From Bacteroidota bacterium (lineage in GTDB: Bacteria; Bacteroidota; Ignavibacteria; UBA10030): DNA of 64,000 nucleotides. Position numbers and translations under genes: made by a program. This document shows positions 28,416 to 37,637 of this stretch, piece by piece. Where the stretch lies: positions 2,581 through 66,580 of the forward strand of contig JBEKAY010000017.1 in the NCBI GenBank assembly GCA_050015675.1, read 5' to 3'. The stretch's first letter is position 1. Each line of letters starts with the position of its first letter. The notes beneath the pieces are model-generated. The model was not told where the DNA came from. It was given only the letters and a program-made list of their open reading frames with translations, and made no database searches.

Positions 28416-29399
28416 TTATTCATTGAACACTTTACTGATCTTTGATACAGAATATATAAAGAAATATCCGGCAGTTTTATCGGCAGGTTCAATGTTAGTC
28501 GGTAGGTTGGTTGGTATTCTTAATTGATCATAGATATTATCATTATTAAATAGGTTGTTGCCGCTGGTGTTGTTAGTGGTATTGTTATCAAATATTTTTA
28601 AAAAGCCGACTTGATCGTCGGTAAAATTAAAACAAATAAAGCTTATGGTATCGTTATTTTTGACCGCTGAAGGAGGCAATACAAAAAAAGATCTATAGCT
28701 AATTACTGAATCGGGATAAAGAACTTTGGGCACTTTAATATAAACTTTAAAACTTGCAAATGGCCCGGATCCTGTTCTATCTGTAATTGTTACATAACGG
28801 ATAAAATTATTGACTAAAATAGATTGATACACATAACCGGGACCATCGAAAAATAATTTATAATACGCTAAATTAATTACTTTCGGACCATCACCAGTAT
28901 ATCCACGATAAGACAACAAGGAATCAAATTTAATTGGTACAGGCAATAAACTATTTGCTGTGTATGAATCAATTTTTCCATCTTCATCAATATCAATATT
29001 TGTTATAGACAAAGTATAGTTATGTCCACCTTTACCTCCAACCTTGCCTAGTGTTTGATATAATCCAAGCGTGTCTTTGTTTTCTATGTAATCGAATGTT
29101 TCTATGCCGTCAGTTACATATATTTTTGCACCTGAAACAATTGTTTGGGGTTTGCCAGTAATAAGGCTCCCTGAACAATATAATCTTATACTGTGAACAA
29201 CTGTATCATTTGTAAATTCGCCATCAACCAGTAATCGTTTATCGTTTGTTTTAATTTCAATACTCAAATCCTGTTCGCACGAGCTGAAAAGAATAACTAA
29301 TGATAAAAGACAGAAACAAAGAAGTAAATTATTAATATGATATTTTCCTTCTGTATTGTAGATATATTTTTGAAACATCTTGATGCGATACAGGATCAT
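28416..29399 (-). CDS. DUF4249-like lipoprotein, paralog 1
   Basis: Lipobox LFSSC. The N-terminal ~160 aa and the last ~35 aa are near-identical to paralog 2, and the middle is divergent. The family assignment is from memory of DUF4249 proteins sitting downstream of CarboxypepD_reg-type TonB receptors. The start may be the internal Met at 29378. Confidence 0.7.
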   Translation of the reverse strand: MILYRIKMFQKYIYNTEGKYHINNLLLCFCLLSLVILFSSCEQDLSIEIKTNDKRLLVDGEFTNDTVVHSIRLYCSGSLITGKPQTIVSGAKIYVTDGIETFDYIENKDTLGLYQTLGKVGGKGGHNYTLSITNIDIDEDGKIDSYTANSLLPVPIKFDSLLSYRGYTGDGPKVINLAYYKLFFDGPGYVYQSILVNNFIRYVTITDRTGSGPFASFKVYIKVPKVLYPDSVISYRSFFVLPPSAVKNNDTISFICFNFTDDQVGFLKIFDNNTTNNTSGNNLFNNDNIYDQLRIPTNLPTNIEPADKTAGYFFIYSVSKISKVFNE

Positions 29400-29400
29400 A

Positions 29401-29483
29401 CAGTTTTCGGAAAATAAAAATTAAAACAATACGATACAGACGGTACAAAACCTAACATAGATACACCTTTAGCATTTATAATG
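29401..29483 (-). pseudogene. Duplicated fragment of the 3' end of the TonB-dependent receptor gene
   Basis: Aligns to 30621..30694, the receptor's C-terminus and stop region, including a 33-nt perfect run CCTAACATAGATACACCTTTAGCATTTATAATG. Confidence 0.7.
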
Positions 29484-29490
29484 CTGTGAT

Positions 29491-29578
29491 TAAATTATTC
29501 AGTTGGGAAGGAGTTCTACTCCCGACCTTAACCAATAAACATCTCATCGTTCGAGAGAACATCTCCCTCGCAACTTAG
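29491..29578 (+). repeat. ~89-nt repeat R, copy 2 (at the tandem-duplication junction)
   Basis: See 26252..26340. It has the same left and right boundaries as copy 1. Confidence 0.85.
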
Positions 29579-29630
29579 CATTCTAAAATTACTGCTTCGC
29601 ATTTTCAATTCGAGTGTCTGGCTTGACGTG

Positions 29631-30617
29631 TTATTTTAAAGATTCATTGAATACTTTACTAATCTTTGATACAGAATAAACGAAGAAATACCCGGCAGCT
29701 TTATCGGCAGGTTCAATATTAGTCGATAGGTTAGTTGGTATTTTTAATTGGTCATACATATTATCTTGAAATAGATCGCCGCTATTGGTATTATTATCAA
29801 ATTCTTTTAAGAATTCATATTGATCTTTATTAAAGTTAAGGCCAACAATACAGATAGTATCTCCTTCATTTACCTTCGTGTCTCGTGGTTCTATTGGAGA
29901 ATATGCAAGCCCATGTGCAATTGATCCAGGAGTATTCACCTTTATAGTTCTAAATTCCAGTTCATTTGTGGTAAGTTCTCCACTTCCAAGTCTATCGGTT
30001 AAAGTGTAAAACGCTTTATTATTTACTATAAAATAATTAAATAAATAGTCTGGCCCATTATAAAATGTAGTATAGTATCCATTATTACTTACAGTACCTT
30101 CAATCCTGTCACCATTCATGCCATAATAGGATGCCATTGAGTCAAATTTAACCGGTACAGGCATTAAACATTTTGCTGTGTATGAATCCATTTTTCCATC
30201 ATTATCAATATCAATATTTGTAATAGATAAAGAATAAATATGTCCTCCCTTACCGCCAACTTTGCCCACTGTTTGATATAAACCAAGCGTGTCTTTATTT
30301 TCAATGTAATCGAATGTTTCTATGCCGTCAGTTACAAATATTTTAGCTCCCGAAACAATTGTTTGGGGTTTGCCTGTAATAAGGCTCCCTGAACAATATA
30401 ATCTGATGCTATGAACAACAGTCTCATTTGTAAATTCGCCGTCAACCAGTAATCGTTTATCGTTTGTTTTAATTTCAATATTCAGATCCTGTTCGCACGA
30501 GCTGAAAAGGAAGGCTACTAGTATGAGACAGGAACAATGAAGAATATTTTTGATAGAAATTATTCTTTTTGTATTGGAGAAATATTTTTGAAACATCAAG
30601 TGGTGATACAGTATCAT
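29631..30617 (-). CDS. DUF4249-like lipoprotein, paralog 2
   Basis: Lipobox LFSSC. It begins 8 nt after the stop of the TonB receptor gene. Confidence 0.7.
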   Translation of the reverse strand: MILYHHLMFQKYFSNTKRIISIKNILHCSCLILVAFLFSSCEQDLNIEIKTNDKRLLVDGEFTNETVVHSIRLYCSGSLITGKPQTIVSGAKIFVTDGIETFDYIENKDTLGLYQTVGKVGGKGGHIYSLSITNIDIDNDGKMDSYTAKCLMPVPVKFDSMASYYGMNGDRIEGTVSNNGYYTTFYNGPDYLFNYFIVNNKAFYTLTDRLGSGELTTNELEFRTIKVNTPGSIAHGLAYSPIEPRDTKVNEGDTICIVGLNFNKDQYEFLKEFDNNTNSGDLFQDNMYDQLKIPTNLSTNIEPADKAAGYFFVYSVSKISKVFNESLK

Positions 30618-30624
30618 ATAGTTT

Positions 30625-33267
30625 TCAGAAATTAAAACGATACGAAACAGAAGGTATAATACCTAACATAGATACACCTTTAGCATTTATAATGTTGGGA
30701 TTATCTTGCGAAGGAACAAAATTGACATATTGAATATTGGCGTGATATAGTACATTGATAATGGAAATGTTCCATTCGCTATGATAGCGTTTGCCGGGAG
30801 TCTGTTCGCTTTTAATGGTAAGGCTCATATCAAGCCTTTGATATGGTGGCAAACGATAATCATTTCGATTAGAATATCCCGTCAATGCTTTACCCCATAA
30901 CTCCATTACATAGATAGGAATAGTAGTAACCTGACCACTTTGATATCTGAAATTGGTTGAAATTGTAACTCGTTCTGAGATCGCACAATTTAAGAATAAA
31001 TCGAACGTGTGTGGCTTATCGAAAGGTGAAAGATACGTTTGCCCGGAATTAATATCGGGTATTGTACGATAGCTTCGTGCATAGGTATAACTGACAAAAC
31101 CATTTATTTTTTCGAAATAGCTTTTGAGCATCAGTTCTGTACCATACGAATAGCCGCTGCCTGTTCGCAATTGTTCTTCAAAATTATAACTGGTTTTATT
31201 AATGGTATACGTTGAGCTATTTTCCAGAAAGGTTGCACCGTCTTTGTAATCAATAATATTGTTCATGTCTTTATAGTAGCCCTCAATACTTGCTTCTAAT
31301 AAATTATCTGAAAAATAGTGTATATACCCTAGGCTGTATTGCGATGCTGTTTGTGGTTTTATATTATTGTCTGAAGGAAACCAAATATCGAGAGGCCCTC
31401 CGCCATTTGTTTTCATAAGCAATTGGTCCTGTTGGGTTGTGTATGTATAACTAGCTTTGAAGGATGAATTTTCAGATACCCTGTAATTAATGCCAAGCCT
31501 TGGTTCAACACTGTACGAATTTGCATAGGTTTTGTTTTGGGCAACATAAAATGAATCGGCTACCTGATAATTCTGTAAATCATAAACCCAATGTCCACCG
31601 ATATTTTGATATAAACTTGCCCGTAGTCCATATTTAAAAGATAAATCTTCGGATATTTTTTGTTGGTTCGAAAAATACAACGCATGTTCAAAAACGCCCT
31701 GTTCAGAAACAATCCTATTGCTGAATGGCTCCGATTGTGTAATGTTGCCAATGGCTGTTTCATTGCCTTCTAATTTACCGGGCATGAAATCCTTATACGT
31801 CGTTGATGCGCCAAAATCAATTGTGTTATTATTATTCAGATAATAATTATATTCTGCTTTCAAAGTAATTTGTTTGATCCCTGAGTTCCAACTATAATCT
31901 ATAGAACTGTTGCCACTGGAAGAATTATAAGCGTCAGAGTATTTGTAATTACTATAGATAAAGGAAACGTTGCTAAAAAGGTCTGGATTGTAAATATGGT
32001 TCCAACGTGCAGACATTGTGTTGTTATGATAATTGGCATTCAAACCTATCGTAGCATTGTCGTTACCAATGTATGAAGAAATATAAATTCGGTTTTGGGG
32101 ATCAATTATTGCATTGAGTTTGCAGTTTAAGTCGTAAAACGTTAAATCAACATTAGAATTTACGAGTTTATAAAGCCAGCTTAAATATGAAACTTTCCCC
32201 GATACAATAAAAGAAGCACGGTCATTAACAAGAGGCCCTTCGACACTTAAATCGGAACAAATAATTCCTAATCCTCCTGCCACGTTATAATTTTGCATAT
32301 TTCCATCTTTAAGCCTTATGTCAACTAACGAGGACAAACGTCCACCATAATTCGCGGGGATGTCACCCTTGTAAATACTTATATCTTTTATAGCATCATT
32401 ATTAAATACAGAGAAAAAGCCCATCAAGTGCGAAATTTGAAAAACAGGTGCATCATCTAGTAAAAAAAGGTTTTGGTCAATGCTGCCTCCTCTTACACTA
32501 ATTCCTGTGCTCCTTTCATTTGCTGCCTGAATGCCCGGCAGTATTTGCAGCGAACGCATAACATCAGGCTCGCCCAGCAATACAGGTAGTGCTTTAACAT
32601 CCTTATTGGTCATGGCCATTTGTCCCATTTGTGGTCGTAATAATTGGACCTCGTAATTAGAACCAGTAACGGTAACTTCATCTACTTTAAATGGCTGAGA
32701 TGTACTCAGTTTTATTATTATCGTTGTGTCTTTATTTATTATAAGGCTTATAGATTGGTCAACATAACCAAGGTAGCGGGCGAGAATGTTGCAGTCACCT
32801 TCATTCTGTGTGAGGTTAAAGTATCCAAAAGCGTTTGTTGTGACACCTTTTTTGCTTACAGAATCAAATACATAACATCCAATTAATTTTTCACCACTTT
32901 CTTTATCTTGTACATAACCATTTACAGAAAAAGTTTTTATCTTTTGCGAAAATACCGGTGAAGGAGTAGAAAGAATAATTTGATTGCCCCGCCGGATCCA
33001 CTTGAGCGCAGTTCCGCGCAGAACAGAACCAAGAGCTTCGTTAAATCCGCACTCGCGGCAAGAAGCAGAGATTTCTTTTCCTTCGATGTCCTCATCGAGA
33101 TAGACAATGGATTCCGAATACCATTTCATAAGCGAATCCAGTGAACTCCTCAAGGGCAATTGCCTCCAGTGGAATGAAGCACGCTCCTCTCTGTTCTGCG
33201 CCATGCTGTTCCAGGTCACTGAAACAACAGACAGAACGCTAATATATAATATAAGTGCCCGCTTCAT
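30625..33267 (-). CDS. TonB-dependent receptor with N-terminal STN signalling domain and CarboxypepD_reg-like domain
   Basis: 880 aa with a signal peptide. STN-like segment FHWRQLPLRSSLDSLMKWYSESIVYLDEDIEGKEIS...ALGSVLRGTALKW. CarboxypepD_reg-like block VNGYVQDKESGEKLIGCYVFD. Plug and barrel are present, and the C-terminus ends in YRFNF. Confidence 0.9.
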   Translation of the reverse strand: MKRALILYISVLSVVSVTWNSMAQNREERASFHWRQLPLRSSLDSLMKWYSESIVYLDEDIEGKEISASCRECGFNEALGSVLRGTALKWIRRGNQIILSTPSPVFSQKIKTFSVNGYVQDKESGEKLIGCYVFDSVSKKGVTTNAFGYFNLTQNEGDCNILARYLGYVDQSISLIINKDTTIIIKLSTSQPFKVDEVTVTGSNYEVQLLRPQMGQMAMTNKDVKALPVLLGEPDVMRSLQILPGIQAANERSTGISVRGGSIDQNLFLLDDAPVFQISHLMGFFSVFNNDAIKDISIYKGDIPANYGGRLSSLVDIRLKDGNMQNYNVAGGLGIICSDLSVEGPLVNDRASFIVSGKVSYLSWLYKLVNSNVDLTFYDLNCKLNAIIDPQNRIYISSYIGNDNATIGLNANYHNNTMSARWNHIYNPDLFSNVSFIYSNYKYSDAYNSSSGNSSIDYSWNSGIKQITLKAEYNYYLNNNNTIDFGASTTYKDFMPGKLEGNETAIGNITQSEPFSNRIVSEQGVFEHALYFSNQQKISEDLSFKYGLRASLYQNIGGHWVYDLQNYQVADSFYVAQNKTYANSYSVEPRLGINYRVSENSSFKASYTYTTQQDQLLMKTNGGGPLDIWFPSDNNIKPQTASQYSLGYIHYFSDNLLEASIEGYYKDMNNIIDYKDGATFLENSSTYTINKTSYNFEEQLRTGSGYSYGTELMLKSYFEKINGFVSYTYARSYRTIPDINSGQTYLSPFDKPHTFDLFLNCAISERVTISTNFRYQSGQVTTIPIYVMELWGKALTGYSNRNDYRLPPYQRLDMSLTIKSEQTPGKRYHSEWNISIINVLYHANIQYVNFVPSQDNPNIINAKGVSMLGIIPSVSYRFNF

Positions 33268-34171
33268 AGCGAAACTTACTTCCTGTTAATTGTACGAGTG
33301 TTCCCAATGCATTTTCGGGATTCTGCCCATTGATCGTGCCGGTGATGGTTGCACCGCTGAGTTGTGGATTTTCAATCTTTATCCTGATATCAAACTGTGA
33401 TTCCAGTTCCCTGCAAATAGATTCAAGACTTAACCTGTATGTCGTAATCTTTCCCTGCAGCCATCCCGGATAATCGGAAAAAGGAAGAGATGCGGGAAGT
33501 CCGGGATACTCATTCCTGGCACAGAGAGAAATTTGGCCCTTCGCGAGAATAATACTGCTGTCCCTTCCATCTTTGAAAACACTTACCTGTACGCTTCCAC
33601 TTAACACTGCTACTTCCATCTTTTCATCACGTATCCGAACATTGAACTGCGTTCCCAGCACTTGTACTTTGCCTATGTCCGTTGTGATAATAAAGGGAGT
33701 TCCATTTTTCCGTACATGAAAAAATGCTTCTCCTTTGAGCGAGACACGCCGCGTTTTATCAAGAACCGACCGGTTTACTTTTAATTCCGATAAATAATTC
33801 AGTGTTACCTCTGTACTATCTTGCAATGTTATGGTCGTGTGTTGGCCCTTCATCGTCTTGTATATCCTGGATGAAGAATAACGCAGCCATACGATGCCGC
33901 CTATGATGAGAATAACACACACCAGAGCAAATGAAAAAGCCGGTTTTAAAAATATTGTACGAGAAATAACAGATCTTTCGCCGCAGATACCCTGCGTACT
34001 TTCCAGGGTCTTTTGCATGCGCCGCCATTGATCATCTGTTTCCGGATCGACCGCTTTAATTCGCCTGACGCTGGATTCTATGGCATTCTCAGTCTTACGG
34101 ATCAAGTCATCAGTATCATGCGAAGAATTGCGATACCGGAGTCGATATAAGAATTTGAACATACGTACCAT
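33239..34171 (-). CDS. FecR-family anti-sigma factor / transmembrane sensor
   Basis: Single TM segment (FSFALVCVILIIGGIVWL). FecR block VSLKGEAFFHVRKNGTPFIITTDIGKVQVLGTQFNV. The gene overlaps the receptor start by 29 nt. Confidence 0.85.
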   Translation of the reverse strand: MVRMFKFLYRLRYRNSSHDTDDLIRKTENAIESSVRRIKAVDPETDDQWRRMQKTLESTQGICGERSVISRTIFLKPAFSFALVCVILIIGGIVWLRYSSSRIYKTMKGQHTTITLQDSTEVTLNYLSELKVNRSVLDKTRRVSLKGEAFFHVRKNGTPFIITTDIGKVQVLGTQFNVRIRDEKMEVAVLSGSVQVSVFKDGRDSSIILAKGQISLCARNEYPGLPASLPFSDYPGWLQGKITTYRLSLESICRELESQFDIRIKIENPQLSGATITGTINGQNPENALGTLVQLTGSKFRYEAGTYIIY

Positions 34172-34427
34172 CCGTTTAATTTATGAGACAAGCGTTTATT
34201 GCTTATGGCAAATTTTATTTGTCGCTCATGCAAGAACGAGAGTAGTGAAGACCTGTTTTATAGTTCATGCTGATAACCAAATTAAATATTCCCCAACCAA
34301 CGAGGTACTAAAAAGTTAATTATAAAAACGAAAAACCACCACTCGCCATACTTAATGTACCCATTGCCTGCCCCGCGGGCTTTTCACGGGCTCATTCATA
34401 TTTAGTATCCTTAAAATAAGAAGTTGT

Positions 34428-34465
34428 ATCGCGCTTCGCGCGATTCATTCTCAGGCCTCCGGCTG
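34428..34465 (+). repeat. Hairpin-plus-tail element, second copy
   Basis: ATCGCGC-TTC-GCGCGAT followed by TCATTCTCAGGCCTCCGGCTG. Neighbouring small palindromes are CCCGCGGG (34372-34379) and GACAAGC-CGA-GCTTGTC (34483-34499). Confidence 0.5.
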
Positions 34466-34609
34466 CGTGATTCAATTTTCTTGACAAGCCGAGCTTGTCA
34501 CAATGTGACTACTTAGTGGAGCGCCTGGTTAAACGATGTTTTGTGCATGGTATTTTAGTGCGCACTATAGTAGGATCTGGTTGTGCTGTAATAATGCCGA
34601 TTTACAGTA

Positions 34610-35698
34610 TCAATTCCTAAATGCCTTTACAGAATCAATAAATGCCTTCGGTTGTATGATCAATGCTCCACTATTTGTCAAATACGCTGACTTGCGTACC
34701 AGACGTATCATTTCATCTCCGGATATATCCGGTCGAACTTGCCAGCCAAGTGCTATAACGCCGACCAGATAGGGTTCTGCCCAGCTTAATCCACCTCTAC
34801 CAGTGAATTGATATGAGAAGTTACCCTCATTTTGTTCTTCTGCTGTAGTCCTTAATGAAGTTGGTATACAAATTCTATTAATATCATTGGTGAATACCAA
34901 ACCAGGTAAACCGAGGGTACACGCGCCTACATTGTCCGGATCATCTATATCATAATAGCAAAAATTTGTAATGCCATGGTTGTCAGTACAATCGATAATA
35001 AGAATACCAGCATTGACTGCATGAACATAAGCAGAATCCCAATCGGCAGTATTCTTTGTAGAAGTTCCTAGGTATGAAGGATCCGTTGAAATTGAGACAG
35101 CCCGAATTTTCTCTCCATCTGGTAAAGAACTGTTTTTGGCAATAATCCAATTTAGAGCATCTGCTTCGTATTTTGCGTCCGGTATCCATTCAGGAGCTGC
35201 TACATAGTATAATTTTGCATCAGGTGCCGTTCCGATAGAGTCTCCGACCAAAAGACTCGCCACGGCAGGCCCATGCATACTTGATTGATTTGATGGCACG
35301 TTGCATCCCACATCGTGATATTCGACAATTTTATTTGCGAACTCAGGATGGTCAAGACAGATATTTTGATCAATGATTGCAACAGCAACACCTTTTCCGG
35401 TTATCCCTTGTTGGTGAAGCTGACGAACTCCTAATCCAGGATTCTTCCCTTTCATGATGATAGATTTGGCATAAGCTGAATATTTTTCTGGCCATATAGT
35501 ACTCTCGTTGAACCAAAATGTTTTGATAATGCTTGAATTAAGTTGTGATTCAAATTTCTGCAAATCTCTCCATCTAACATCTTCATATGGAGAAATCATC
35601 TCTTGGTTATCTTGAAAGCTGTTCGGGTTTGAATCCTTCTTACAGCCCAACAAACAAAATGAAATGACTATTGAAACTATGATTTTGGTTTTCTCCAT
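34610..35698 (-). CDS. Subtilisin-like (S8) serine peptidase lipoprotein
   Basis: Lipobox LLGC. Candidate catalytic triad contexts are VAIIDQ (Asp), SMHGPAVAS (His) and GGLSWAEPY (Ser). Confidence 0.8.
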   Translation of the reverse strand: MEKTKIIVSIVISFCLLGCKKDSNPNSFQDNQEMISPYEDVRWRDLQKFESQLNSSIIKTFWFNESTIWPEKYSAYAKSIIMKGKNPGLGVRQLHQQGITGKGVAVAIIDQNICLDHPEFANKIVEYHDVGCNVPSNQSSMHGPAVASLLVGDSIGTAPDAKLYYVAAPEWIPDAKYEADALNWIIAKNSSLPDGEKIRAVSISTDPSYLGTSTKNTADWDSAYVHAVNAGILIIDCTDNHGITNFCYYDIDDPDNVGACTLGLPGLVFTNDINRICIPTSLRTTAEEQNEGNFSYQFTGRGGLSWAEPYLVGVIALGWQVRPDISGDEMIRLVRKSAYLTNSGALIIQPKAFIDSVKAFRN

Positions 35699-35759
35699 AT
35701 TTATTGCCTTCTACTATCTGGTTATCAGCTGATGTAACGCACGACAAAGCAGACACCTT

Positions 35760-36350
35760 CTATTTAAGAGTGACCGAGGTAATGCTTAGACGGCCATCTC
35801 TGTACAGTCTGCCTGAGTTTGTACTTGAATAGGAATCCTCTGCTATAATCCCTACACCTGGGCAAAAATAATAATCGTCCATAGATAATCGGTACTTATA
35901 ACAATGATAGGTACCTGCCGGAACAGTTATCGAAGTATCCGCTGATTGAAGAAATATCTGGTCTCCACCGAAATTCCAACTGTCTCCGGCACTAACGGGG
36001 TATTTGAAAAGAAGTCCCTTGGTTAATCCAGTACCGCTGTTCAACATTCCAAAAAATCCGTCCGATCTGTTTATGTAGAACATCGACCCACCCCACCCAA
36101 CGCCAGAGATGTGATACCATGTCTCTCCACCAACAATAGTGTCCGTTGTGACTACAATAGCCCCGGATCCCGACTGGGTTACTGCTCCTGTTGTATCATA
36201 CTCTATTGTACTGAAAGCCCAAGTGTTGCCCGGTTCAAGCGGCCAGATTTGCTTAACACTCGGCGAGGAATCAACGGGATTGTCTTTCTTGCATGATGTA
36301 AGCATGGATACTACAAAACAAAATAGTATAGCATTTACAAACGATTTCAT
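35760..36350 (-). CDS. Lipoprotein of unknown function
   Basis: 196 aa with signal peptide and lipobox MLTSC. I recognised no motif. Confidence 0.7.
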   Translation of the reverse strand: MKSFVNAILFCFVVSMLTSCKKDNPVDSSPSVKQIWPLEPGNTWAFSTIEYDTTGAVTQSGSGAIVVTTDTIVGGETWYHISGVGWGGSMFYINRSDGFFGMLNSGTGLTKGLLFKYPVSAGDSWNFGGDQIFLQSADTSITVPAGTYHCYKYRLSMDDYYFCPGVGIIAEDSYSSTNSGRLYRDGRLSITSVTLK

Positions 36351-36645
36351 TTTATTTCTCCGTTGTTGTGTTTGACAGTGATGTTGTATCGTTAATTACT
36401 CAAGCGCGAATTCACAAATTCCTTGCCAGTTATTTTCTGTTTGAGGTAAGGTATTTTGTGATATACTCACGAGATGTACCTGCTTTACATAGAAATAACG
36501 ATTATCCTCTTTCGAACACCTATGGTATGCTTTATAATTTTTTTTTACAAATAGTTGTAAGTTGATAAAGACATATTGCAAGTTTCCTGCACTCAACTTA
36601 TCTTGATAGGTATCATTCCCTGCATGTAGTATCATTTATAGAACA

Positions 36646-37182
36646 ATGGAACAGAAGGTAACAGATGCGCAGTTGCTCGAACAGGTCAAAGGCTCCGATG
36701 TGGAGGCTTTTCGCCGGCTTTTTGATCGTTATCAACCAATTTTGTTTCGCCAGGTGTTTTTTCAAACCAGTGAAACAGATCAGGCGCACGACATTGTCCA
36801 GCAGACCTTTATCTCCGTGTGGGAGCACCGAATGTCCATCAGATCTCATCTCAGCTTCCTTGCATATATTCTCCGCATCAGCAGAAATCTTATCTATGAT
36901 GCAGTGAAGCATCAGAAAATACGGGATCGCATAGACGTAACACTTCCTCCGCCCGCCAAATCAGAACTTGATGATCCTGCTGAAGCATTGCATCTTGCGG
37001 TGCTTCAAGAAAAAATCACTTCTATCATCAACGATCTTCCACGGAAATGCCGGGAGATATTTCTCCTGAGCCGCTTTGAGGGAAAAACCAATCAGGAAAT
37101 TGCCGACTCATTGCAATTAAGCGTGAGGACCGTCGAACATCAAATCAGCAACGCTCTTAAAGTGTTGCGGAATCATCTTTGA
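36646..37182 (+). CDS. ECF-type RNA polymerase sigma-70 family factor
   Basis: 178 aa. Contains FRRLFDRYQPILFRQ and DIVQQTFISVWE (region 2) and NQEIADSLQLSVRTVEHQISNALKVLR (region 4). Confidence 0.9.
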   Translation: MEQKVTDAQLLEQVKGSDVEAFRRLFDRYQPILFRQVFFQTSETDQAHDIVQQTFISVWEHRMSIRSHLSFLAYILRISRNLIYDAVKHQKIRDRIDVTLPPPAKSELDDPAEALHLAVLQEKITSIINDLPRKCREIFLLSRFEGKTNQEIADSLQLSVRTVEHQISNALKVLRNHL

Positions 37183-37637
37183 TCGAGATCAATTAGAAAA
37201 ATAACTTAGGATAGATCCGCTACTCGAAATTCATCCTCGTTCATCTTACTTACTGACAGGTTAAATTCTTCAATCGATGGGATCTGCAGATGCACAACAT
37301 ACTGTTTCAGCAGCGAATATTTAAAAAGTACGCTTATTTCTTAAACAGATATTGAGCGCTCTGCTTTTGTGAGATGAAGAATTTGTCTTTCTAGTATCAA
37401 TCAAGCTTTAAATTTCATCGAAGTTCGGCTCGCACCTAACTATTGTAATTATGAATAGCGCCTTTGCCACATCTATGTAGCAATGACGCGTAAAAGTTGC
37501 GTTGTTGTTCATTTCGGATGCAACACATTCTCTATCGGACTCCGTATCGTGCCAATTGTTCGTTTACTCACATGAGTGCAAATTTCGGTTGTCCGTACAC
37601 TACTGTGACCAAGCCCAGTTAAATATTGTTATTTCTT

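Noticed and set aside
26343-30617. A diversity-generating retroelement (RT remnant next to paralogs with a hypervariable core).
   Set aside because: The RT fragment carries the group II maturase pattern and is followed by intron domain V, so it is not a DGR-type RT. I saw no template/variable repeat pair, and the differences are not adenine-specific.
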